Assembly (NCBI GenBank): GCA_030637945.1
Contig: DAOWFN010000092.1
Location: 1-44,958, forward strand
Source: Gammaproteobacteria bacterium
GTDB taxonomy: Bacteria > Pseudomonadota > Gammaproteobacteria > SZUA-229
Direction of reading: 5' to 3'
DNA: 44,958 nucleotides
The notes below the pieces were generated by a model. The model saw nothing but the letters and a program-made list of their open reading frames with translations. It had not been told where the DNA came from and made no database searches. This document shows, one piece after another, positions 28,401 through 36,768 of the stretch. Position 1 is the first letter of the stretch. Each line of letters starts with the position of its first letter. Made by a program: the position numbers and the translations under genes.

Positions 28401-31291
28401 ATGGCAGTGCACGCACGGCTGAAGTAGAGCCAATTGCAGATTTGTCCGGCACCGCTGAAAAATATATAAAGGCACGTCAAGATGGTGGTGATGAGGATAT
28501 ACCTGTTGATGGTGCTGAACTCATAAGAGAAATAGAGCAAGCACTTGAGATCATGCTGGGACAGGTCGCGGATGGTAAGTTGCCAGCAAGTAATAACGAA
28601 CTACATGAAAAAATAACCAAGATTGTTCAGCAGGAGATACAATCACAGTTACAGAAATCCTGGCAGGATAATTCGACTTCTGCAGAAGAAGTTGTAGAAG
28701 AGCCTGTTACAGAAGAAATGGTTTCGATTGACATTGATGATATATCATCTGTCGAAGACGATGATCAAGATGTGATTAAGATTGTAGATGCTGACGATGA
28801 AGAACCTGGCGTTACGCAAGAGCTGGAAAAAGGCCTGGATGAATCAGTAGAGATGTCTTATGGAGACATCGATGACGAGTTAATCGATATCTTTCTGGAA
28901 GAGGCTGATGAACTACTCGAAAGTTGTGAGAAAACACTCACCGAATTAAAGAGTCAACCAGGCTCGACCGAGCATATTCAACAGTTACAGAGAAACATGC
29001 ACACCTTGAAAGGGGGCGCGCGCATGGCGGATTTGGCCCCCGTCGGTGATCTGACACATAACCTTGAATCACTGGTGGTTATGGTTAGTGAGAATAAGGT
29101 AAGGGTTGATAAAAAGTGGTTTGATTTACTTCAGGAGTCCTTAGATTCTTTGTCAGCCATGCTTGCGAACGTAAGAAAACGTCAACCACTGAGCGCTGTA
29201 GCTGATCTTAATGATCGTATTGAGATGTTGATGCGTGGTGAGGTTCAGGAAAAAAGATCTGTTGAACGCTTTGATATAGAACTTGATGAACTGGAATCTA
29301 TCGATGATGAAGACTTGGAAAATATAGATGTTTCCGAGTTTCTACCTGAGCGTCGACAAGATGGTGGTGATGAGGAAGTTGTCAAAGAAAGACAAAATCG
29401 AAGAAAAGATAATCAAACAAAAGAGAAGCCTCATTGGGGAGAACGTGCCACTGATGTTAATTATAAGGATAGTCAGGAGCAGATACGCGTAAGGTCTGAT
29501 TTATTGAATAGTTTGGTGAACTATGCAGGCGAGGTAAATATTTACCATGCTCGCATGGGTAAACAGGTAACTGATTTTGGTTTTAACCTTTCAGAGTTGA
29601 CGCAAACAGTTGTTCGTTTGAAAGAACAATTGAGAAATCTTGAGATCGAGACTGAAATACAGATTCGTTCTGGTTATGAAAAAGAAGCTGACAATTTTGA
29701 TGATAGTTTTGATCCACTGGAGATGGATCAATATTCAACGTTGCAGCAACTGACACGAAGTTTGAGTGAAACTGCGGGTGACGTTGAAAGTATTAACGAG
29801 ATCCTGACCGATATCATGCGTGATTCAGAGACTCTGTTAATACAGGAGTCCAGGATAAGCAGTGATCTGCAAGAAGGTTTGATGCGCACCAGGATGGTAC
29901 GTTTCGGCGGCCTGTCATCACGTTTACGAAGGATCGCTCGGCAGGTAGCTAGAGAATTAGATAAAGAAGTTGTGGTAGAGATCGAGGGTGAAAGCAGTGA
30001 AGTCGATCGTACCGTGCTGGATAGAATAATTGCGCCGCTTGAACATATGATACGTAATGCTGTGGCGCACGGAATTGAAAGCCCTGAAGCACGAAGGATA
30101 CTGGGTAAAAATGAAACAGGTAAGATTTTAATAAACGTGGATCGTCAAGGCTCAGATGTCGTCATCAACCTCAAAGATGATGGCGCTGGAATCGATGCAG
30201 ATAAGATTCGTCAAAAAGCCATCGCACAAGGTCTGTTAGCTGAAGATTCAAAATTATCTGACCGGGATGTACTGCAGTTTATTCTGCATTCCGGGTTCAG
30301 TACTGCAGACGAGGTGACACAGGTTGCTGGTCGCGGTGTCGGCATGGATGTGGTCGATAGTGAGATCAAGCAATTAGGTGGTGTGCTGGACATCGATACG
30401 GTGCAGGGTAAAAGCACAGAGTTTACTATCCGTCTGCCGCTTACATTAGCTATTAACCAGGCATTATTAGTCAGTGCTGCGGATGATGTGTTCGCGGTGC
30501 CATTATCGAGTATCGAAGGCGTGGTTCGAATTACAGGTCTCGAGTTGCAACGTTTTTATGATAGTGATAATAGCCATTATGAGTTCAATGGGGTTGAGTA
30601 TGAATTAAAACATCTTGGTGGTTTGTTGACAGGCAAACAATCAGATTACTCGAAACAATTACAATTATTCCCGGTCTTGCTGGTACATGTGGGTGATCAG
30701 CATTTTGCATTACATGTCGAAGATTTACTTGGTCGTCGTGAGATCGTTGTTAAACCTGTCGGTATGCAGATAGGTTCAGTACATGGTATAGCCGGCGCAA
30801 CGATTCTTGCCGATGGCCGTGTTGTACTCATCCTTGAAATGTCAGCTCTGGTCGTGGCGGAAAGCCTGTTCAAGTCAACTGCAGTAGCTGACGTTATAGA
30901 GAGTCCTGTTATTGATGACATCAAGACGGTTATGGTTGTCGATGACTCTATCACTATTCGTAAAATTACTGAGCGCATGCTTAAACGCTACGGTATCGAA
31001 GTCGTGCTTGCAAAAGATGGCGTTGATGCAACAAACCAGTTGCAGGAAAATATACCTGACCTGATATTGCTGGATATCGAGATGCCACGGATGGATGGTT
31101 TTGAAGTCGCGAGTTTCGTAAGGAATGATGAACGTTTGAAAGATATTCCTATCATCATGATCACATCGAGGACAGGTAATAAACATAAAGAGAAGGCGAT
31201 GAAGATCGGAGTGAATAAATATCTGGGCAAACCATTCCAGGAAGATGATTTGATCAGTAATATTAATGATGTGTTAGATACGTCTTTCTAA
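25430..31291 (+). CDS. chpA: ChpA-like multi-Hpt hybrid CheA histidine kinase with C-terminal receiver
   Basis: 1953 aa with a FimL-like N-terminus. Three His-containing Hpt motifs: FHTLKGS (His codon 27488-27490), FHTLYGS (28391-28393) and MHTLKGG (29000-29002). Also a CheA dimerisation and HATPase core (HMIRNAVAHGIE, DDGAGID, GRGVGMDVV), a CheW-like P5 domain and a receiver (VMVVDDSITIRK...LLDIEMPRMDGF). Confidence 0.93.
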   Translation: MNPNNTIEYNSLSWVKTQLDDVLSDAQSNLNEYIENKADEHLENCIEHLQLVYGTLQMVEVYGASMLAEEMKLTTVALLEGKVESPYDAYDVLMRAMLQLPDYLESVQVGKPDAPIALMPLINDLRVVRKEGLLTEGALFSPDVENAVMASESYEAASIEPGKLQDEVKRLRTHYQLGLLDYIKNNKESAGLQRIKAVLNSLERVSSNAEVRNIWMVVGALVEGLINKGIETNLSIKTLLGDVDRQLKLILDTDEDEFSNQYSKEMVKNALYYVGSCAVESDSISVVKKAYRLNDLMPQEADDASAAIGGLNADLFDTVSKGITEDLAQVKDVLELFMHSNEQDLERLVPVAEQLGKIGDTYGMLGMGATRQSILDQRAVLEKIISGEEEASQKIVLEIASGLLNAEAELKDYIAERSGFVDMNRDKEVKSVPASEYRQVIFTVVSEAMKNFSDAKDAVLSYVSGIGDKEQLEIIIDRLEEVRGVAMMLSLRRVGSQIEKLQDYVRVVMLNNKHNATADEQDTVADVVTSIEYYFEALSEGRPGVEQGLNAGDEAALKLEVITQTYLEEIDELDDDKEVVAERQQAEEQVADNVIAFESKEITVTETAEAEGESGENTVADEVVSQDAQQQDVTQYKILADDADEEIVEIFIEEAVEVLSELHEYLPQWQADTENEEALAVVRRSFHTLKGSGRLLGAEMIGEFSWKFENMLNCFIENKIIVSDAMNQALDEALAVLPQLIEQLKGNQEPIDNIAQLMSSADAIAEGRDVTFAPVDEIEKENGIEVSEDIDIIDDDVDELMLDDITIDNDSDTDIPELDGENKFLIEEIQPNTDSQEEEDLEATPDIETKGAEVTVDDVVEEDIIEEIVSLDATNIAEDDFEMEFENVKESDTDVTVEDDSGTDESGVTEKEVVIESSYDDDEIEVIITEEGSEVSLAGDELDIDPMLLKIYHDESTGHLNDIKQKFDEYDSGNKPLQADKTLLRAFHTLYGSARTAEVEPIADLSGTAEKYIKARQDGGDEDIPVDGAELIREIEQALEIMLGQVADGKLPASNNELHEKITKIVQQEIQSQLQKSWQDNSTSAEEVVEEPVTEEMVSIDIDDISSVEDDDQDVIKIVDADDEEPGVTQELEKGLDESVEMSYGDIDDELIDIFLEEADELLESCEKTLTELKSQPGSTEHIQQLQRNMHTLKGGARMADLAPVGDLTHNLESLVVMVSENKVRVDKKWFDLLQESLDSLSAMLANVRKRQPLSAVADLNDRIEMLMRGEVQEKRSVERFDIELDELESIDDEDLENIDVSEFLPERRQDGGDEEVVKERQNRRKDNQTKEKPHWGERATDVNYKDSQEQIRVRSDLLNSLVNYAGEVNIYHARMGKQVTDFGFNLSELTQTVVRLKEQLRNLEIETEIQIRSGYEKEADNFDDSFDPLEMDQYSTLQQLTRSLSETAGDVESINEILTDIMRDSETLLIQESRISSDLQEGLMRTRMVRFGGLSSRLRRIARQVARELDKEVVVEIEGESSEVDRTVLDRIIAPLEHMIRNAVAHGIESPEARRILGKNETGKILINVDRQGSDVVINLKDDGAGIDADKIRQKAIAQGLLAEDSKLSDRDVLQFILHSGFSTADEVTQVAGRGVGMDVVDSEIKQLGGVLDIDTVQGKSTEFTIRLPLTLAINQALLVSAADDVFAVPLSSIEGVVRITGLELQRFYDSDNSHYEFNGVEYELKHLGGLLTGKQSDYSKQLQLFPVLLVHVGDQHFALHVEDLLGRREIVVKPVGMQIGSVHGIAGATILADGRVVLILEMSALVVAESLFKSTAVADVIESPVIDDIKTVMVVDDSITIRKITERMLKRYGIEVVLAKDGVDATNQLQENIPDLILLDIEMPRMDGFEVASFVRNDERLKDIPIIMITSRTGNKHKEKAMKIGVNKYLGKPFQEDDLISNINDVLDTSF

Positions 31292-31312
31292 GTGAATCGA
31301 TGAGAATGAATA

Positions 31313-31783
31313 ATGAGTGAAATCACACAGTCAATTAAATGCGTTATTCTTACACTTCGTAAGGAAAATGTACTTGTACCCAACGCATTAGTTGCTGAAA
31401 TTATCTCTGTCAAAGATATTGAAAATGCTGATAATGCACCAGAATGGTATCTTGGTAACATGAACTGGCGTGGCGCCGATGTGCCTTTATTGTCATTCGA
31501 AGCCGCTGGCGGCGTAGAGATCAATAAAGTAAATCTTAATACTCAGGCTGTCGTATTATACGCTGTAGGAAAAGATGGCAGTGTGAATGAACATCCGTAT
31601 CTGGGGCTGGTGATGTCTGGTGTGCCGCACGTTAGTCACTTTACAAGGGGGCAAATAATTAGAGATTATGAAGCTTCTGAAGAGCACCCTATGGTTGCTC
31701 AGAGGGTGAGGATCAATGGCGCAAGTATTAGCATCCTGGATGTTGATGCAATGGTTGATATGGTTTCTGAGTTGGCGGCTTAG
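31313..31783 (+). CDS. CheW-like protein (ChpC-like)
   Basis: 156 aa single CheW-type domain. Lies immediately after chpA. Confidence 0.7.
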   Translation: MSEITQSIKCVILTLRKENVLVPNALVAEIISVKDIENADNAPEWYLGNMNWRGADVPLLSFEAAGGVEINKVNLNTQAVVLYAVGKDGSVNEHPYLGLVMSGVPHVSHFTRGQIIRDYEASEEHPMVAQRVRINGASISILDVDAMVDMVSELAA

Positions 31784-31817
31784 TCGGTTTATTCGCAGTA
31801 ACTCCAAATTTTATCTG

Positions 31818-31943
31818 TGTAGGCCGAGATAAAGTTTTACTGTTGCCTACATGGATGTAGGTAAGGGGCGATAGCAGGAGCGGTAGCTTTCCCTGCATTA
31901 TTGAAGTGCCAACAGCCGGCAACGTACCTTATACCGGCCTACA
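31818..31943. repeat. REP/BIME-like cluster: inverted TGTAGGCCG...ATAAG units flanking a CCTACATGGATGTAGG palindrome
   Basis: TGTAGGCCGAGATAAAG (31818-31834) matches the reverse complement of CCTTATACCGGCCTACA (31927-31943) at 14 of 17 positions. The central palindrome is at 31846-31861. The element lies between convergent chpC-like and rsmE. Confidence 0.65.
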
Positions 31944-31962
31944 GGTGTCGGCCGTAAATAGG

Positions 31963-32709
31963 TTAGAAGTCCCCCCACAATACCTGTAGAGCGCTGATGA
32001 CAGCAGGTCCTGCCGTTTCAGTGCGCAGAATTCTTGGGCCAAAACAAACACTGGTAAAATTTTCATCTTCCAGGAATTTTATTTCATCATCATTAAAGCC
32101 ACCTTCTGGCCCAATAAATACATCCAGTGTGTCATGCGGTATTTTATTATGCGTCTGTTTGATGTCGTTAAGCGAGGTTTTAACGACTGGATTTAAAATA
32201 ATTTTTAACGCATCCTGGTCTAGATATTGTTTGATATCACCCAATAAAATCACATCTGTTATTTCTGGGATAATGCAGCGTCCTGATTGTTCGCAAGCGC
32301 TTACAGCGATTTTTCTCCAGTGATTTAGTTTTTTGGAAAGTTTGTCTTTGCCTGATTTAATGTTTGAGCGTTGACATACGACGGGGATTATTTTGTTAAC
32401 GCCAAGTTCTACAGATTTCTGAATAGAGGTCTCCATTCTGTCGTGACGTGAAAGTCCCTGGATAAGTGTGATCCTCAAACTAGATTCGGTATTGGCTTTC
32501 ACCTTAGAGTCAATGGAAACTTGAGTTTTCTTACTGTTAGTATCGAGTGTTTTACATTTGTAATCGAAGCTGTCTCCGTTAAACAAGGTGATAGAGCTAT
32601 CGACTTTTGACCGTAGCACACGTATTAAATGATTAGAGGCATCAGCATTCAGAAAAGTGGTTTCACCACATGTTAATTTTTCTGGATGATATATACGTAT
32701 TGTGCGCAC
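31963..32709 (-). CDS. rsmE: 16S rRNA (uracil1498-N3)-methyltransferase RsmE
   Basis: 248 aa. MRTIRIYHPEKL start, a PUA-like N-terminal domain, and a SPOUT C-terminus GPEGGF...LGPRILRTETA. Confidence 0.88.
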   Translation of the reverse strand: MRTIRIYHPEKLTCGETTFLNADASNHLIRVLRSKVDSSITLFNGDSFDYKCKTLDTNSKKTQVSIDSKVKANTESSLRITLIQGLSRHDRMETSIQKSVELGVNKIIPVVCQRSNIKSGKDKLSKKLNHWRKIAVSACEQSGRCIIPEITDVILLGDIKQYLDQDALKIILNPVVKTSLNDIKQTHNKIPHDTLDVFIGPEGGFNDDEIKFLEDENFTSVCFGPRILRTETAGPAVISALQVLWGDF

Positions 32710-32724
32710 AGCGATATTTATAGT

Positions 32725-33570
32725 TTAAGTAGAAAGGTTTTTCCAGATGGCGTTCGTACTGTCTGCTTGATTCAGGGTGTAGAAATGTAGTCCGGGAGCG
32801 CCCTGCTCGAGCAGTTGCTCACAAAGTTTGCTGACAACATCGATGCCAAAGGCTTGCAAGCTATCTTTATCATCCGCATAAGCTTCGAGCTGTTTTCTGA
32901 TCCAGCGAGGAATTTCCGCGCCACAGGCGTCAGAGAAACGTGTCAGGCTGGTAAAGTTAGTAATCGGCATGATGCCTGGTGTGACAGGAATTTTGATATT
33001 TTCTTTTATACACTTGTCGGTAAAACGAAAATAAGCATCGATATTATAAAAATATTGTGTGATGGCGCCATTAGCACCTGCCGCAACTTTGTTTTTAAAA
33101 TATTTAAAATCACTTTGTGGCGATTTAGATTCAGGGTGGTATTCTGGATACGCAGCAACTTCAATATTGAAGTGATCACCGGTGGTCTCTCGGATAAAAG
33201 ATACCAGCTCATTTGCATGAGACAGTTCTTTGGTCGATTCACCATTATCCGGGATGTCACCACGCAGTGTAACCAGACGCGTAACCCCGAGAGATTTGTA
33301 CTCTTCCAGTAAGTCTTTTAACTGTTGCTTAGTGGAGCCGATACATGAGATATGCGGTGCTATACTAATATTTTTTGCAGATAGCAGTTTTACTATCTCA
33401 AGTGTACTGTCACGCGTTGTGCCGCCAGCACCAAAGGTAATCGAATAGTATTCGGGTCGAATAATCTCGTCTAATTTCTGCTGTGTCAGTTGTAATTTTT
33501 CGATACCGGCTTCCGTGCGCGGCGGAAAAAATTCACAGCTAAAAGTAGCAGAACGATCGTTAGCGTTCAT
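32725..33570 (-). CDS. metF: 5,10-methylenetetrahydrofolate reductase MetF
   Basis: 281 aa. FSCEFFPPRT, ITFGAGGTTRD and LHFYTLNQ. Confidence 0.92.
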   Translation of the reverse strand: MNANDRSATFSCEFFPPRTEAGIEKLQLTQQKLDEIIRPEYYSITFGAGGTTRDSTLEIVKLLSAKNISIAPHISCIGSTKQQLKDLLEEYKSLGVTRLVTLRGDIPDNGESTKELSHANELVSFIRETTGDHFNIEVAAYPEYHPESKSPQSDFKYFKNKVAAGANGAITQYFYNIDAYFRFTDKCIKENIKIPVTPGIMPITNFTSLTRFSDACGAEIPRWIRKQLEAYADDKDSLQAFGIDVVSKLCEQLLEQGAPGLHFYTLNQADSTNAIWKNLST

Positions 33571-33609
33571 CGTATAAACTCACAGATACAGTTACTAATG
33601 CAGTGAGCA

Positions 33610-35040
33610 TCAATAACGATAATGTTCAGATTTGAAAGGGCCGTCAACGGGTACATTAATATAATCAGCCTGCTCCTGCGATAAAGCAGTTAGATTGACG
33701 CCTACTTTTTTCAGGTGTAAACGAGCTACTTTTTCATCCAGTTTTTTAGGCAGGATATAGACCTGATTGTCGTAGTTATTGCTATTTTTATAAAATTCGA
33801 TCTGCGCCATCACCTGGTTAGTGAATGAGGCGGACATAACAAAACTAGGGTGTCCCGTCGCGCAGCCTAAATTTACCAGTCGACCTTTAGCCAGGATGAT
33901 AATGCGTTTACCATCGGGGAAAATAACATGATCAACCTGTGGTTTTATTTCAACCCATTCATATTTTTCCAGTGACGCAATATTGATCTCAGAATCAAAG
34001 TGGCCGATATTACAGACGATTGCTTCATTTTTCATGGCGGCCATATGATCATGATCGATGACGTTAACATTGCCCGTGGTGGTGACAAAAATATCACCCA
34101 CGGCGGCTACATCGTCCATCGTTACAACACGATAACCTTCCATCGCTGCCTGTAGTGCACAGATAGGATCGATTTCTGTCACCCATACGGTTGCGCCCAT
34201 GCCTCGGAAGGCCTGTGCGCAGCCTTTGCCGACATCGCCATAACCGAGCACGACGCAGATCTTGCCGGCGATCATCACATCGGTTGCGCGTTTGATGCTA
34301 TCGATCAATGATTCACGACAACCGTACAAGTTATCAAATTTAGATTTGGTGGCTGAATCATTGACATTCATCGCCGGGAATAATAACTCACCTTTTTCCT
34401 GCATTTCGTATAGGCGATGTACACCGGTGGTGGTTTCTTCCGTTACGCCTTTTACGCTGGCTGCTATATCTTGCCATGTGTTTGCATCAGGCTTGATGGT
34501 GCGACGTAAGACATCAAGAATAGCTTTGTATTCCTCATTATCGTTATCTTTAGTTGCTGGAATAGCACCTGCTTTTTCGAACTCAACACCTTTGTGAACT
34601 AATAAAGTCGCGTCGCCACCGTCGTCCAGGATCATGTTTGGCAATTTGCCGTCTGGCCACAATAAAGCCTGTTCGGTACACCACCAATATTCTTCGATGG
34701 TCTCACCTTTCCATGCGAAAATAGGGATGCCCTGATCGGCGATGGCGGCAGCGGCGTGATCTTGTGTTGAGAAGATATTACAGGAAACCCAGCGAACTTC
34801 AGCGCCCAGTGCGACTAGCGTTTCGATTAGCACTGCTGTCTGAATGGTCATGTGGATGCTGCCCATGATGCGACAGCCGGCTAAAGGTTGCTCTGTACCA
34901 TATTCTTCACGTAGTGCCATTAGCCCCGGCATTTCAGTTTCAGCAATACGGATTTCTTTGTGGCCCCATTCGGCCAGTGAAATATCGGCGACTTTGTAGT
35001 CTTTGGTTGAATGTGTATCTACGACGGCATTCATACTCAT
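33610..35040 (-). CDS. ahcY: S-adenosyl-L-homocysteine hydrolase AhcY
   Basis: 476 aa. [46 protein letters not shown] site, and C-terminal [10 protein letters not shown]. Confidence 0.96.
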   Translation of the reverse strand: MSMNAVVDTHSTKDYKVADISLAEWGHKEIRIAETEMPGLMALREEYGTEQPLAGCRIMGSIHMTIQTAVLIETLVALGAEVRWVSCNIFSTQDHAAAAIADQGIPIFAWKGETIEEYWWCTEQALLWPDGKLPNMILDDGGDATLLVHKGVEFEKAGAIPATKDNDNEEYKAILDVLRRTIKPDANTWQDIAASVKGVTEETTTGVHRLYEMQEKGELLFPAMNVNDSATKSKFDNLYGCRESLIDSIKRATDVMIAGKICVVLGYGDVGKGCAQAFRGMGATVWVTEIDPICALQAAMEGYRVVTMDDVAAVGDIFVTTTGNVNVIDHDHMAAMKNEAIVCNIGHFDSEINIASLEKYEWVEIKPQVDHVIFPDGKRIIILAKGRLVNLGCATGHPSFVMSASFTNQVMAQIEFYKNSNNYDNQVYILPKKLDEKVARLHLKKVGVNLTALSQEQADYINVPVDGPFKSEHYRY

Positions 35041-35062
35041 CTCCTAATTGTTTAATTTAAGA

Positions 35063-35150
35063 AATGAGCGCCGTTGTTATAAAGATACCTTAGGGAAGAA
35101 CCCTTGCTTCTGAGCCTGACAGATTGTACTGATGCAGCGCTCCTCAGAAA
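35063..35150 (-). promoter_or_regulatory. SAH riboswitch (S-adenosylhomocysteine-sensing, ahcY leader)
   Basis: The minus-strand RNA reads UCUGAGGAGCGCUGCAUCAG...GUCAGGCUCAGAA...AGGGUUCUUCCCU...CAACGGCGCUCAUU. This has the conserved AGGAGCGCUGC, CAGGCUC and AACGGCGCUCA blocks and the GAGCGC/GCGCUC pseudoknot pairing of the SAH riboswitch class. It lies directly 5-prime of ahcY, its canonical context. Confidence 0.8.
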
Positions 35151-35160
35151 TGATATGTGA

Positions 35161-35189
35161 ATTATAGGGCACCTCTAATAATTAAACAA
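35161..35189 (-). promoter_or_regulatory. Sigma-70-type promoter for the riboswitch-ahcY transcript
   Basis: On the minus strand: TTGTTT (35189-35184), a 17-nt spacer, then TATAAT (35166-35161), about 10 nt upstream of the riboswitch P1. Confidence 0.55.
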
Positions 35190-35242
35190 ATTTCAGTGAG
35201 GTTTTAAATCGTTAATTATAAGGTGTTTGAGTATTAGATTTA

Positions 35243-35270
35243 TGTAGGTGCGAATGAATTCGCACCTACA
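35243..35270. repeat. REP-like 28-bp perfect palindrome, same family as 9366-9435
   Basis: TGTAGGTGCGAAT-GA-ATTCGCACCTACA. Located 38 nt downstream of the metK stop, so it may also act as the metK 3-prime hairpin. Confidence 0.8.
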
Positions 35271-35307
35271 GGGTAATACAGAGCCTTGTTAAATTGATGG
35301 CAAAACC

Positions 35308-36465
35308 TTATAGCCCGGCTGCGTCCTTCAATGCATCTGCTTTATCGGTTTTTTCCCAGGTAAATTCAGGTTCTTCACGGCCAAAATGCCCATACGCTGC
35401 TGTTTTTTTGTAAATCGGGCGCAATAAATCAAGCATCTCCACAATTCCGCGGGGTTTCAGATTGAAATGCTCAACGATTAATGCAACGATTTTCTCATCA
35501 GCAATTTTACCCGTGCCGAAAGTTTGAATAGATATGGAAGTTGGGTCTGCCACGCCGATTGCGTAAGAAACCTGAATTTCACATTTATCAGCCAGGCCAG
35601 CAGCAACCACATTTTTAGCGACATAACGCCCTGCATAGGTGGCAGAGCGGTCAACTTTTGATGGGTCTTTACCAGAGAAGGCACCGCCACCATGACGAGC
35701 CATGCCGCCGTATGTGTCAACAATAATTTTACGGCCGGTTAAGCCACAGTCACCGACTGGGCCGCCAATCACAAAAATACCGGTTGGATTGACATGAAAT
35801 TTTGTGTCTTTACTGATCCATTCTTCGGGTAGTTCGTGGGTGATGATCTCATCGATCACTGCTTCACGCAGAGTTTCATACTTGATGTCAGGATCATGTT
35901 GTGTTGATAAGACTACCGCATCGATAGCTACTGGTTTGCCATCTTCATAACGAAAAGTGACCTGGCTTTTAGCATCTGGCCGTAACCAGGGTAGGGTGCC
36001 ATTTTTACGCAGCTCCGCCTGGCGTTTGACCAGACGATGTGCATAGGTAATGGGCGCGGGCATTAATACATCAGTTTCATTACTGGCATAGCCGAACATC
36101 AACCCCTGATCGCCGGCACCCTGTTCATGGTCAGAGGACTCGTCAACGCCAGCGGCGATATCTGCGGACTGTTTGTCAATCGACGTAATGACGGCGCAGG
36201 AACCGTAATCGAAGCCCATATCCGAGCTGTTATAACCGATTTCTTTGATCGTGTTTCTAACCACATCCTGCATATCAATCCAGGCAGTAGTTGTGATTTC
36301 ACCGGCGATTACGACCATGCCGGTATTGATCATGGTCTCGCAGGCAACGCGTGCTTGGTTGTCCTGTTCAAAAATAGCATCAAGTATTGAGTCTGAAATT
36401 TGGTCAGCGACCTTGTCCGGGTGGCCTTCGGAGACTGATTCCGATGTGAATAAATAGTTGCTCAT
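35308..36465 (-). CDS. metK: S-adenosylmethionine synthetase MetK
   Basis: 385 aa. [32 protein letters not shown] and [16 protein letters not shown]. Confidence 0.97.
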   Translation of the reverse strand: MSNYLFTSESVSEGHPDKVADQISDSILDAIFEQDNQARVACETMINTGMVVIAGEITTTAWIDMQDVVRNTIKEIGYNSSDMGFDYGSCAVITSIDKQSADIAAGVDESSDHEQGAGDQGLMFGYASNETDVLMPAPITYAHRLVKRQAELRKNGTLPWLRPDAKSQVTFRYEDGKPVAIDAVVLSTQHDPDIKYETLREAVIDEIITHELPEEWISKDTKFHVNPTGIFVIGGPVGDCGLTGRKIIVDTYGGMARHGGGAFSGKDPSKVDRSATYAGRYVAKNVVAAGLADKCEIQVSYAIGVADPTSISIQTFGTGKIADEKIVALIVEHFNLKPRGIVEMLDLLRPIYKKTAAYGHFGREEPEFTWEKTDKADALKDAAGL

Positions 36466-36617
36466 TGTTCTTACCTTTTGTTTACTCAGGGGTCAGAAAC
36501 CCCGGTTGTGGGCATCGTCGCACCGCCATCCATGGCTCCTTGCGACATACGACCACCACGGATGGTGGAAGTGTGGATATTGCAGGAGCAAATATCCACC
36601 CGTCCATCCCTGGACAT

Positions 36618-36656
36618 AAAAAAACCCGTTTAAGCTGTTTAGCTAAAACGGGTTTT
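36618..36656 (-). terminator. Rho-independent terminator (minus strand)
   Basis: The minus-strand RNA is AAAACCCGUUU-UAGCUAAACAGCUU-AAACGGGUUUUUUU, a GC-cored stem followed by 7 U. Confidence 0.8.
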
Positions 36657-36737
36657 CGATATTCTGGCATCAAAACTCGCTTTAGCTGAATTTATAGAGC
36701 GCCCGCAATCTGAGACAAATTAGCGCTGTTTGATGGC

Positions 36738-36765
36738 ATTATCCATCAAATTTTTGTCATGTCAA
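36738..36765 (-). promoter_or_regulatory. Near-consensus sigma-70 promoter just after the dnaG stop, overlapped by a 22-bp palindrome
   Basis: On the minus strand: TTGACA (36765-36760), a 16-nt spacer, then GATAAT (36743-36738). The palindrome TTTGATGG-CATTAT-CCATCAAA (36729-36750) covers the -10. Confidence 0.5.
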
Positions 36766-36768
36766 TAA

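Noticed and set aside
36465-36689. 74-aa plus-strand and 63-aa minus-strand ORFs in the dnaG-metK spacer
   Set aside because: They have no ribosome-binding site. The region is dominated by hairpins and a terminator, and the translations are Arg/Pro/Gly-rich with no family resemblance. The region is treated as noncoding RNA or leader instead.
36466-36768. Naming the metK upstream RNA as a known SAM riboswitch class (SAM-I, SAM-II/V or SAM-SAH)
   Set aside because: I could not find the conserved core blocks of those classes as I remember them. It is left as an unclassified structured leader pending a covariance-model scan.
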